Assembly: GCA_029560465.1 (NCBI GenBank)
Contig: JAKQKX010000062.1
Span: 3,836 to 67,835 of the forward strand
Source of the DNA: Candidatus Omnitrophota bacterium
Lineage (GTDB): Bacteria; Omnitrophota; Gorgyraeia; Zapsychrales; JANLHA01
Direction of reading: 5' to 3'
Length of the DNA: 64,000 bases
Positions 39,030 through 47,097 of the stretch are shown here, piece by piece. The notes beneath the pieces are model-generated. The model made no database searches. It was not told the DNA's origin and saw only the letters and a list, made by a program, of their open reading frames with translations. The first letter of the stretch is position 1, and each line of letters begins with the position of its first letter. A program made the position numbers and the translations under genes.

Positions 39030-39359
39030 ATGACCATGAAACAAAATGACCGGAGACGGGAGGGGCGTGTCGCCCTGAACCTCCCGGCGCGGATCAGTGT
39101 CGGGTCGCAGCTTTCGTTACAGGGGAAATTGAAAGACCTTTCGTTCAAAAGCGCGTTTATCGCGATGAAGAATAGTGTTTACCTGGACATGAATGATGAA
39201 GTCGGCTTTTCCATCCAGCGATTCCCGGGGGATGGCTCCCGGCTTATTCAAGGGTTGGCGCGCGTGTCACGGGTCGTGGCGGGGGAAGGGCTGGCGATTT
39301 ATTTTACCAGAGTGGACGAAGCCTCTAGCAGCCTTTTGAGGGAACTGCTGCATCTTTAA
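39030..39359 (+). CDS. PilZ domain protein
   Basis: RRREGR (RxxxR) and DLSFKS (degenerate DxSxxG); ARVSRV...GLAIYF. Confidence 0.8.
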   Translation: MTMKQNDRRREGRVALNLPARISVGSQLSLQGKLKDLSFKSAFIAMKNSVYLDMNDEVGFSIQRFPGDGSRLIQGLARVSRVVAGEGLAIYFTRVDEASSSLLRELLHL

Positions 39360-39413
39360 AACGGGACAGGCGGCCATGATTCAATCCGGGCGCAGAAAAG
39401 GGGGGATGTCGTC

Positions 39414-40019
39414 TTGGCAAAAGCGGGCCGGGTTAGCGGGTGTGTCATTATTTTTTGCCTGGGTTTTTTGTTATGCGCAGAAGGGCCGGCTTCTTCCGGG
39501 CGGATCCTGTTCCCGCCCCGGGAGCGGGAGGTCCGGTCTTATTTAAGAAATAATTTTGAAAAAGCTTTGGAGAACGAGCGTTCCGTGGACGAATTGCTGG
39601 CCTATATGCGCCAGAAAATTCCCGGTGAGCCTGAATATTTCCCTCCCGCTCTTATGGCTTATTACGGGGCTCTTCAGGGCCTTAAAGCGAAATTTTCTGC
39701 CTTGCCCACCCGAAAACTGCAGTACCTTAAGGCCTGTTTGAAATATCTCGATAAGTCTGTGCAAGCGGAAGGCGCCGACCTGGAAACCTATTTTTTAAGG
39801 TTTTCCTCTTTGCACCATCTACCCCCGTTTTTTGGTATACCGAAAAAACGTTATGAAGACGTCAAAATAATTTTCCGTCTTTTGGAAGAAAGGGATTACA
39901 CTGACCTGGACCGGGAGTTTCAATCAAGGGTAGTTGATTTTATGCTCCAAAGCCGACGCCTTAACGCGCAGCAGGTCAAAGATTTTAATGTCTTTAAGTC
40001 AGAATTAGCCGTATTTTAA
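39414..40019 (+). CDS. Hypothetical exported helical (TPR-like) protein
   Basis: Hydrophobic N-terminus; AYYGAL..AK...P..KL...LDKSV...LETYFLRF...LPPFFG. Confidence 0.7.
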   Translation: MAKAGRVSGCVIIFCLGFLLCAEGPASSGRILFPPREREVRSYLRNNFEKALENERSVDELLAYMRQKIPGEPEYFPPALMAYYGALQGLKAKFSALPTRKLQYLKACLKYLDKSVQAEGADLETYFLRFSSLHHLPPFFGIPKKRYEDVKIIFRLLEERDYTDLDREFQSRVVDFMLQSRRLNAQQVKDFNVFKSELAVF

Positions 40020-40117
40020 AAGTCACTTTTATGAACCGCGCCATGGCTTTTTTTCAAGTTAAGGGTTTGCGTGAAGCCGGGGCCCGTCTTTTGAGCCCGT
40101 TATAAAGGTCTGCTGTT

Positions 40118-40426
40118 ATGTCAAAATATTTTATGATTCTTTTTTTATCAGGGATAGGCCCCCTTATCTTGAGCTTTTATCCTCCCTTGAGATTTTATCA
40201 ACATAAAAGGGCGTTGATGCTGACCCTCGGGCTTATCGTGCTGATATTCGGGGCCTGGGATGTGTTGGCCACCCGCCGGGGGCACTGGTATTTTAACCCG
40301 GAAGGGATTGCCGGGGCCTGGTTTTTGAACCTTCCGGTCGAAGAGTGGCTGTTTTTTATCGTTATCCCTTTTTGTTGCCTTTTTACTTGGGAAGTGGTTA
40401 ATTTTTATAAAAATAAACTCAAATGA
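40118..40426 (+). CDS. Lycopene cyclase domain protein (CrtYc-like subunit)
   Basis: 3 TM; WD..A...GHWYFN, LPVEEWLFF. Confidence 0.85.
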   Translation: MSKYFMILFLSGIGPLILSFYPPLRFYQHKRALMLTLGLIVLIFGAWDVLATRRGHWYFNPEGIAGAWFLNLPVEEWLFFIVIPFCCLFTWEVVNFYKNKLK

Positions 40427-40716
40427 AAGAATACACCATTTTAGCCGCCGCCTCTGTCTTGATGACGTGTCTGTGGGACCGCATCAGCGGGGTGAGGGTC
40501 TTGCGGCGAAATGAATTTTATGTGTTTTTATCTTTTATCTTTTTACTGAAGCTGCTGGTGAACGGGTATCTGACAGGGGCTGGGATTGTTTTATACGAGC
40601 CGCGTTTTTTCCTGGGCTACCGCCTGGGAAGCATCCCCTTCGAGGATTTATGTTTTGGATTCAGCCTGGTCACGGTAACGATCGTTTCCTGGGAATATTT
40701 TAAGACGCGGGGTTAA
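40423..40716 (+). CDS. Lycopene cyclase domain protein (CrtYd-like subunit)
   Basis: 3 TM; VNGYLTG..IVLY, GYRLGSIPFEDLCFGF; ATGA overlap with the previous gene. Confidence 0.85.
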   Translation: MKEYTILAAASVLMTCLWDRISGVRVLRRNEFYVFLSFIFLLKLLVNGYLTGAGIVLYEPRFFLGYRLGSIPFEDLCFGFSLVTVTIVSWEYFKTRG

Positions 40717-41611
40717 CGCGGTGAAGATGGCCGGTCCGGCGTCCCCCCTGAAGCCCCCGTTTCTTTAAACGGAAGCCCCCCCAGAGGATGTGGACTATAA
40801 AATAGCCCTTGAGCAGGAGCAGCAATTTGTGAAAATCAGAGATCCGGATCCTTGCCCTGAGCAGGGTGGCGACCGGGAGTTTCCTGATTCTTTTAAAAAG
40901 GGCGACATAATACAGGTATACAGAGTACACAGCGAGTCTGTAATCCTTGGGCATCCGTTTAATGCCCGGGAGGGCTTCTTTAAATTCTTCTGCGATCTCC
41001 GCCTCCATTCTTTTCTTGGCCTCTTCGTCGATGCTTGGCCTGTCTTTGATCCCGGGCAAATAAATCCGCCCGCGCTCCTCCAGATCGTTTTTGATATCCC
41101 GAAGGAAATTTGTTTTCTGGAGAGCGGCCCCCAACTTTTTAGCCGGTACCTCCAAGTCCCGGAATAACGCATCATCCCCGCTGCAGAAGATTTCCAGGCA
41201 CATCAGCCCGATGACTTCGGCGGACCCGTAGACGTAGCGCTCGTAGGATTCCTGGCTGTGCGTCTTATAGGTGATATCCATGTCCATGCTGGTCAAGAAG
41301 GCCTGGACATAGCTTTGGTCAATTTTGTATTTATGAACGACATCCTGGAAGGATTCCAGGATGGGGTTCGTGGAAACGCCCGAGCGGATGGCTTCGGCGG
41401 TGTCCTCTTTGAATTTTTCTAACAGCCTTTTTTTGTCATAATCATGGAAAGTGTCCACGATCTCGTCGGCTACGCGCACGAATCCGTATAGGCCATAGAT
41501 CGCCTGTTGCGTTTCCTGCGGGAAAACTTTGATCCCGGAGCTAAAAGAGGTGCTGTAGCGGTTGGTCAGGAGGCGGCTGATCCGGTGGCAGGTCTTAAGA
41601 TAAAGGTCCAT
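40700..41611 (-). CDS. crtB: Phytoene synthase
   Basis: YSTSFS, YGFVRVADEIVD, YVYGSAEVIGLM, LQKTNFLRDIKND, GRIYLP. Confidence 0.92.
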   Translation of the reverse strand: MDLYLKTCHRISRLLTNRYSTSFSSGIKVFPQETQQAIYGLYGFVRVADEIVDTFHDYDKKRLLEKFKEDTAEAIRSGVSTNPILESFQDVVHKYKIDQSYVQAFLTSMDMDITYKTHSQESYERYVYGSAEVIGLMCLEIFCSGDDALFRDLEVPAKKLGAALQKTNFLRDIKNDLEERGRIYLPGIKDRPSIDEEAKKRMEAEIAEEFKEALPGIKRMPKDYRLAVYSVYLYYVALFKRIRKLPVATLLRARIRISDFHKLLLLLKGYFIVHILWGGFRLKKRGLQGGRRTGHLHRVNPAS

Positions 41612-43076
41612 GGTCCTGGATGATCCTCTCGAACGTGAGCTTTGACCCGACGATCACCATCGGCAGGCCCGTGCCGGGTACGGTCGAAGCTCCGACATAG
41701 TAAAAGTTGCCCAGTTTTTCGTCTTTGTTTTTCGGCCGGAAGTATCCGATCTGGAATAGCCCGTGGCACAGCCCTAATCCCGAGCCGCGGTAAAGATTAA
41801 ACATCGATTCCCAGTCTTCAGGGGTGAGGATTTTCCGGGTTAGCGTGTTTTTCATGACATTGAAATGGACCCTTTTTGAAAAATCGTTGATGATATTATC
41901 CGCGAAATTGTCCTTGTCTGTCCAGTTCTTTTTGAAGCGCAGGTCCGGGACGGGGCAGAGGATTAAAATGCTTTCGCAGCCGGGAGGGGCATAACCGGGG
42001 CAGGCCTTTGAGGCGACGTTGACATAATAATACGGCCTTTCTGGGCTTGCCGATGAGGACAGGAATTTCCTTGCGTACCCTTTAAAATTATTGCCGAGGA
42101 AATAGTTATGCTGCATCGCGTTTTCGATCTTCCCTTGAACGCCTAAATAAATCGTGAAGGGCGCGAAACCCCAGTGCATTTTGTCCAGGCGGCACGGGCT
42201 GTATTGCGGCCTTTTTAGAATCAGGCCGCGGAAAGAGGCCGCATCGGCGTTGCAGACAAAGACATCGGCTTCCCACCTGCGGCCGTTTTGGTCCTTAACC
42301 CCGGTGGCCCTATTATTTTCCTCCAAGACTTCTTTGACTTCTGTTTCGAATATAAAATTTGCCCCCTTGTCCCTGAGGATTTTTTCCAGTTCTTCGATGA
42401 TGCGGTACATCCCGTCCTGAACGCCCCAGTACCCGTTATGGCGGAATTCAACGTAATTCAAGAGGGAATAGATCGCGGGTGTCTCAAAGGGTGTCGCGCC
42501 GAGGAAGAAGGAAACCAGGGAGAATATGACTTTCGCTTCCCGGGAGGAGAAGTTTCTCTCCACTTCCTGCCACATGTTCCTGAAAAGATAGGGGAGGAGG
42601 GTGATGTCCCGGCGGGCTATTTTGCCCAAGAAATCCGTAAGGCCGTAAACATTGCTTTTTATGAGGGGGGCTTCGGTGTTGTTGAATATTTTCCGGCCTT
42701 GGGCGAGGTAGCGTTCGACTTTTGTTTTGAGATGCGGTTCGATGCCGGCGAATTCCTCTTCCAGGATGGAAAGGTCCTTCCATATTCTGTAAGGATGCGG
42801 TTGATGTTCAAAAAACACCTGGTACAGGGGGTCGAGTTCCTTTAGCTCCAGGGAGAGGGGGATGCCGCAGCTTCGGAAGAGTTCCTCGGTTTCATAGGTC
42901 ATGCTCATGAAAGACGGCCCGATGTCGAACTTGAATCCGTCAAGCTTAAGCTGATTCAGCCGGCCTCCCGGGGTTTTATTTTTTTCCAGGATCGTGACGC
43001 TATACCCCGCGGTGATAAGCCTTAAGGCTGTGGCTAAGCCGCCTAAACCCGAACCGATAATCACGGCTTTTTTCAT
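41595..43076 (-). CDS. crtI: Phytoene desaturase family protein
   Basis: IIGSGLGGLA, EKN..PGGR, FDIGPS, YYVGASTVPGTGLPMV; overlaps crtB start. Confidence 0.88.
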   Translation of the reverse strand: MKKAVIIGSGLGGLATALRLITAGYSVTILEKNKTPGGRLNQLKLDGFKFDIGPSFMSMTYETEELFRSCGIPLSLELKELDPLYQVFFEHQPHPYRIWKDLSILEEEFAGIEPHLKTKVERYLAQGRKIFNNTEAPLIKSNVYGLTDFLGKIARRDITLLPYLFRNMWQEVERNFSSREAKVIFSLVSFFLGATPFETPAIYSLLNYVEFRHNGYWGVQDGMYRIIEELEKILRDKGANFIFETEVKEVLEENNRATGVKDQNGRRWEADVFVCNADAASFRGLILKRPQYSPCRLDKMHWGFAPFTIYLGVQGKIENAMQHNYFLGNNFKGYARKFLSSSASPERPYYYVNVASKACPGYAPPGCESILILCPVPDLRFKKNWTDKDNFADNIINDFSKRVHFNVMKNTLTRKILTPEDWESMFNLYRGSGLGLCHGLFQIGYFRPKNKDEKLGNFYYVGASTVPGTGLPMVIVGSKLTFERIIQDHGPLS

Positions 43077-43157
43077 GGCGCCCGTTCCTTGCGATTCCTG
43101 ACCGGCGGTGTCCAAGAGATCGCTGAGAGGCTCCCCTGATAAAAAGATCCCAAGCTT

Positions 43158-45098
43158 TCAGGTTTTCGTCGGGATGGCAGAGGAAAGCCAGTTCAATATT
43201 TTCCCGCTTTTAGAGGTTTTAACAAATTCTCTGATTGTTGTTGTTATTCCTGCGGCGTCCACGCCGTAATGCTTTAAAAGCAGCGACCGGGCGCCGTGCT
43301 TGAGGAACTCAGAGGGGAGATGAATCACTTTGATTTCAATGGCGTTTTTGTACTCAGGATGGGTGTGCAGTAATTCCAGGATGGCGCTGCCAAATCCGCC
43401 TTCCCTGACCCCTTCTTCCAGAGTGACGATTTTTTTAAATTTGGAGATTTCTTTTATAAATATCTCAGGGTTCAATGGTTTGGCAAACCGGGCATTCACG
43501 ACTTCCGCGGAAATGCCTTCTTTCTCTAACTCTTGAGCCGCTTGCAGCGCAGGCATGACCATGCTCCCTAAGGCCAAGAGAAGGATATCGTTGCCGTTTT
43601 TGATCACTTGAGGATTTCCTAAAACCAGCTTTTCCTGGGGCAGGCCGTTTTCCACGAGGACGTCTTCTTTGGGATAACGGATCGCCACGGCTTGGTTTAA
43701 AGAAACGGCGAAAGCGAGCATGTCTTTTAATTCGGCAATATCTTTGGGCGCCATCACGACCATGTCCGGGACATGACGCAGGTACGCGATGTCAAAGAGC
43801 CCTTGGTGGGACATGCCGTCCGCCCCGACGATCCCCGCCCGGTCGAGGGCAAAAATGACCGGCAGCTTTTGCATGGACACGTCGGCGAGGATTTGGTCGT
43901 AAGCCCGTTGCAGAAAAGTCGAGTAGATGGCCACAACGGGTTTAAAGCCTTTGTGCGCCAGCCCGCTGGCGAAGCACACCGCGTGCGCTTCGGCAATCCC
44001 AACATCAAAGAATTTTTTGGGCAATTGTTTCCGGAACTCTTGCAGACCGGTCCCTTCGCACATGGCGGCGGTGATGGCGACGATTTTGTCGTCTTGCCGG
44101 GCTAATTCCAAAAGTTTTCCGGCGAAGGCCTCGGTGTAGCTCATCTTCGCGGGGTCTTCCGCCTTTTTGAACGTGCCTGTCTTGGGGTCAAAACGGGATG
44201 CGCCGTGGTAAGCGACAGGGTTGTTTTCGGAAGGGGGGTAGCCATGGCCTTTCTGGGTGATCACGTGAATGAAGATCGGTTCTTTCAGTTTCAGGGAGGC
44301 GATATTTTTAAATGTCTCCGTGAGGGACAGCACGTTGTGCCCATCCAGGGGGCCGAAATATCGGAACCCCAGTTCTTCAAAGAAAATTCCGGGGACAATA
44401 AGGCCTTTGAGGAATTCTTCGAACCGCTCCGTGACTTTCATCATCCGCGGCCCCATGCGCTGCAGCCGGGTTTCGACAAAACGATGCGCCGCGTCCTTGA
44501 CCCGATTATAAATCGGCTGGGAGATAAGTTTATTCAAATATTTACTGAGGCTCCCCACGTTGGGGGAGATGCTCATGTCATTTGAATTTAAGATAACAAT
44601 CAGGTCTTTTTGAGACTGTCCGACATTGTTGAGCCCTTCAAAGGCGAGCCCTCCGGTCAGGGAACCGTCCCCCAGAATGGCGATCACTTTCTCATTCCCG
44701 CCCAACAGATCCCGGGCCGCCGCGACCCCGGCCGCCAGGGATATCGTGTTAGAGGCGTGGCCGGTCGTGAACGGGTCGTAAGGCGATTCATCCCTGTTGG
44801 GGTAGCCGCTGATCCCGCCGAATTGTCGTATGGTGTTGATTTTGTCTTTTCTTCCGGTCAGGATTTTATGGGCGTAGGCCTGATGCCCCACATCAAAGAG
44901 GATGCTGTCCCTGGGCGCGTTGAAGACATAGTGCAAAGCGATAATCAGCTCGACCGTGCCTAGGTTCGAGGCCAAATGCCCGCCGTTTTCAGACACAACC
45001 TCTATGATCTTTTGGCGGATCTCCTGGGCGAGAACAGGCAGTTGAGAGATATCCAGTTTTTTGAGGTCTTGGGGGCTGTTGACTTTTTCCAAATACAT
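43158..45098 (-). CDS. dxs: 1-deoxy-D-xylulose-5-phosphate synthase
   Basis: GGHLASNLG, DVGHQAYAHKILTGR, GDGSLTGG, YFGPLDGH, DVGIAEAH, STFLQRAYDQ, DRAGIVGADG. Confidence 0.96.
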   Translation of the reverse strand: MYLEKVNSPQDLKKLDISQLPVLAQEIRQKIIEVVSENGGHLASNLGTVELIIALHYVFNAPRDSILFDVGHQAYAHKILTGRKDKINTIRQFGGISGYPNRDESPYDPFTTGHASNTISLAAGVAAARDLLGGNEKVIAILGDGSLTGGLAFEGLNNVGQSQKDLIVILNSNDMSISPNVGSLSKYLNKLISQPIYNRVKDAAHRFVETRLQRMGPRMMKVTERFEEFLKGLIVPGIFFEELGFRYFGPLDGHNVLSLTETFKNIASLKLKEPIFIHVITQKGHGYPPSENNPVAYHGASRFDPKTGTFKKAEDPAKMSYTEAFAGKLLELARQDDKIVAITAAMCEGTGLQEFRKQLPKKFFDVGIAEAHAVCFASGLAHKGFKPVVAIYSTFLQRAYDQILADVSMQKLPVIFALDRAGIVGADGMSHQGLFDIAYLRHVPDMVVMAPKDIAELKDMLAFAVSLNQAVAIRYPKEDVLVENGLPQEKLVLGNPQVIKNGNDILLLALGSMVMPALQAAQELEKEGISAEVVNARFAKPLNPEIFIKEISKFKKIVTLEEGVREGGFGSAILELLHTHPEYKNAIEIKVIHLPSEFLKHGARSLLLKHYGVDAAGITTTIREFVKTSKSGKILNWLSSAIPTKT

Positions 45099-45325
45099 GA
45101 TTAGTGATTCTCCGGTATTAAAGGATGACTCATTTCTTGGTTGTGAATCGCCACCCTTGAAATGTGTTGTTCAAAGGGCTGATAAACAATAATAGAGTAC
45201 AGGCGTCAGGTGATATGCTAGGGGTCTGAACAATCTTCACAGGGCTTCCAATTTGCAGTTATTATATTATGAAACGCTGTCATCATCTAGCATTTTCTGT
45301 TGAAAGGGATGTCAGGAAATCCTTC

Positions 45326-45354
45326 TGGACGCCATTGCAAAAATCTGCTATAAA
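45326..45354 (+). promoter_or_regulatory. Putative promoter for the tRNA-Pro transcript
   Basis: TGGACG, 17 nt spacer, TATAAA with TG extension. Confidence 0.4.
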
Positions 45355-45452
45355 AGACTTTGTTTTACCCGCCGCGTGTTTATCTTTCGGCTGTTTGTAG
45401 CCACAGGCCAGGGGAGACTTCGGGCAGAGATAAATGACATGTTTGCCAATAC

Positions 45453-45529
45453 CGGGGAGTAGCGCAGCTGGCTAGCGCACATGCTTTGGGAGCATGGAGT
45501 CGAGGGTTCGAATCCCTCCTCCCCGACCA
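45453..45529 (+). tRNA. tRNA-Pro (anticodon UGG)
   Basis: Acceptor stem CGGGGAG/CTCCCCG, D arm GCGC..GCGC, anticodon arm CATGC-TT-TGG-GA-GCATG, T loop TTCGAAT, encoded CCA; 77 nt. Confidence 0.96.
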
Positions 45530-45679
45530 AATATTCCTTAATATAATATCATCATTGCGAAACGCTGGAAGCATCGTGCCGGATAGCTTACCCAGAAGGG
45601 CGGGGTGTATCCTGTGTAAATCCCGTTGCGTCTGGGCATAAGATGTGCTACAAATAGGGGTGGTTTTTAAGAGGAGATC

Positions 45680-46606
45680 ATGATGGGGAACAAGGCTTTC
45701 ATAAAAGCGATCAAGTGGGGGGGGGTTGTTGGGTTAGGGCTGGTGCATATCGCCTGCGGTGCCCCGGATTGTAACAAGTTTCCTTTAGAGAAACAGAAAA
45801 CTTTAAAAAAGTGTGTCTATAAATCATTGGATCGGGACGGGCGGCTCAGGCAACAAGGGATAAAACGCTTTGGGAAACTAAGCGGGAAAGCCAAAACGTT
45901 TTACGAAGACGGGAAACTTAAAGCTGTCAATGAATATACGGAAGGCCGGTTGCATGGCTTATCGATTAGTTATTACCCGAATGGCAAGGTGGAAAGTAAA
46001 GTGGAATATAAGAACGGCCGGCCGGATGGGCTTAATCAGACTTTCTTTGAGGTCGGAACGGTAAGCAAAGAATATGTTTATAAGGACGGGTTACCGCAGG
46101 GGCGTTTTAAAAAGTTGAACCCGAAAGGGGAGCTCTTGGAAGAGGGCGAATATGTAGAAGGTGATTTGAATGGCCTCATGAAAACATATGATAATGGGGT
46201 GCTTTTTTATGAGCAGGAATACAAGAAAGGGAAGAAGGACGGCGTTTACCGGGAGTACTATCCAACAGGAGAGGTCGTTAAAGTCGCTTCCTGGGTCGAC
46301 GGGAAGTTGACCGGGACGGTGCAGGAATTTTATAAAAGCGGTAAATTGAAGTTGACATATACCTTGGACAACGGCCTGCTGACCGGAACCAAGAGCGCTT
46401 ATGAGCCTGATGGAAAAATCCTTTCTGAACAGAGCTATATGCACAACCGGCTGAACGGGGAAAGTAAATACTATAAGCAGGGATCTTTGCGCCAGGTAGA
46501 TTTTTACCAGGAAGGCTTTATGTATAAGAGGCAAATTTATGCGGGGGAGGGTAGATTAGAAATTGAATATGATTATTCGGGACAGGGCCAAGGTGCCCGC
46601 CCCTGA
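45680..46606 (+). CDS. MORN-variant (YwqK-like) repeat protein, probable lipoprotein
   Basis: HIAC lipobox-like; about 10 repeats of G..K.(F/Y)Y..G.(L/V)....Y..G..(D/N)G. Confidence 0.82.
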   Translation: MMGNKAFIKAIKWGGVVGLGLVHIACGAPDCNKFPLEKQKTLKKCVYKSLDRDGRLRQQGIKRFGKLSGKAKTFYEDGKLKAVNEYTEGRLHGLSISYYPNGKVESKVEYKNGRPDGLNQTFFEVGTVSKEYVYKDGLPQGRFKKLNPKGELLEEGEYVEGDLNGLMKTYDNGVLFYEQEYKKGKKDGVYREYYPTGEVVKVASWVDGKLTGTVQEFYKSGKLKLTYTLDNGLLTGTKSAYEPDGKILSEQSYMHNRLNGESKYYKQGSLRQVDFYQEGFMYKRQIYAGEGRLEIEYDYSGQGQGARP

Positions 46607-46646
46607 AGCAGGCTGGGGGGCGACGCGGTTATGATAAGAGGGGCTG

Positions 46647-47024
46647 ATGTTGAAGAAAAAGATCCTTGTGGTTGACGATGAACCCGATATCGTTGAGTTG
46701 ATTCAGGCGAGGCTCACCCGGCAGGGGTATGACGTGATATGCGCCTGTAACGGGATGGAGGCCTTGCGGTTAGCTAAAATGTGCACGCCTCATTGCATTA
46801 TCCTGGATATGATGCTGCCGGATATCCAGGGTTCAAGCGTGTGCGCGCAGTTAAAAACGGATGAGAAATATCGCATGATTCCCATTATTTTATTGACAGC
46901 CCGGAGCCGGGACTACGATAAGGATATCGGCCGGGCAGTTAAAGCGGACGTTTATATGACCAAACCGTTTGACCAGAACGAGCTGTTAGATAAAATTCAG
47001 GAGCTCCTCACAGGAAAGTCTTAG
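46647..47024 (+). CDS. Single-domain response regulator (receiver)
   Basis: ILVVDDE, IILDMMLP, IILLTA, YMTKPF. Confidence 0.92.
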   Translation: MLKKKILVVDDEPDIVELIQARLTRQGYDVICACNGMEALRLAKMCTPHCIILDMMLPDIQGSSVCAQLKTDEKYRMIPIILLTARSRDYDKDIGRAVKADVYMTKPFDQNELLDKIQELLTGKS

Positions 47025-47097
47025 CGGTTTAAAAAGAATTGAGGGAGATGCCCGATGGCTTTCGCCGGGGACTTCAATTCGGGTGAAAAACTGATTG

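Noticed and set aside
39414-43076. Rhodopsin/retinal module
   Set aside because: No 7-TM opsin or blh dioxygenase gene is in the window
45099-45270. TPP riboswitch upstream of dxs
   Set aside because: TATCACCTGA and a hairpin occur on the minus strand, but the CTGAGA and AGGGA core motifs are missing
45348-45574. Small minus-strand ORFs over the tRNA
   Set aside because: Antisense translations of tRNA-Pro (GFEP pattern)
45596-45630. FMN riboswitch-like AGGGCGGGGTG
   Set aside because: None of the downstream conserved FMN segments follow
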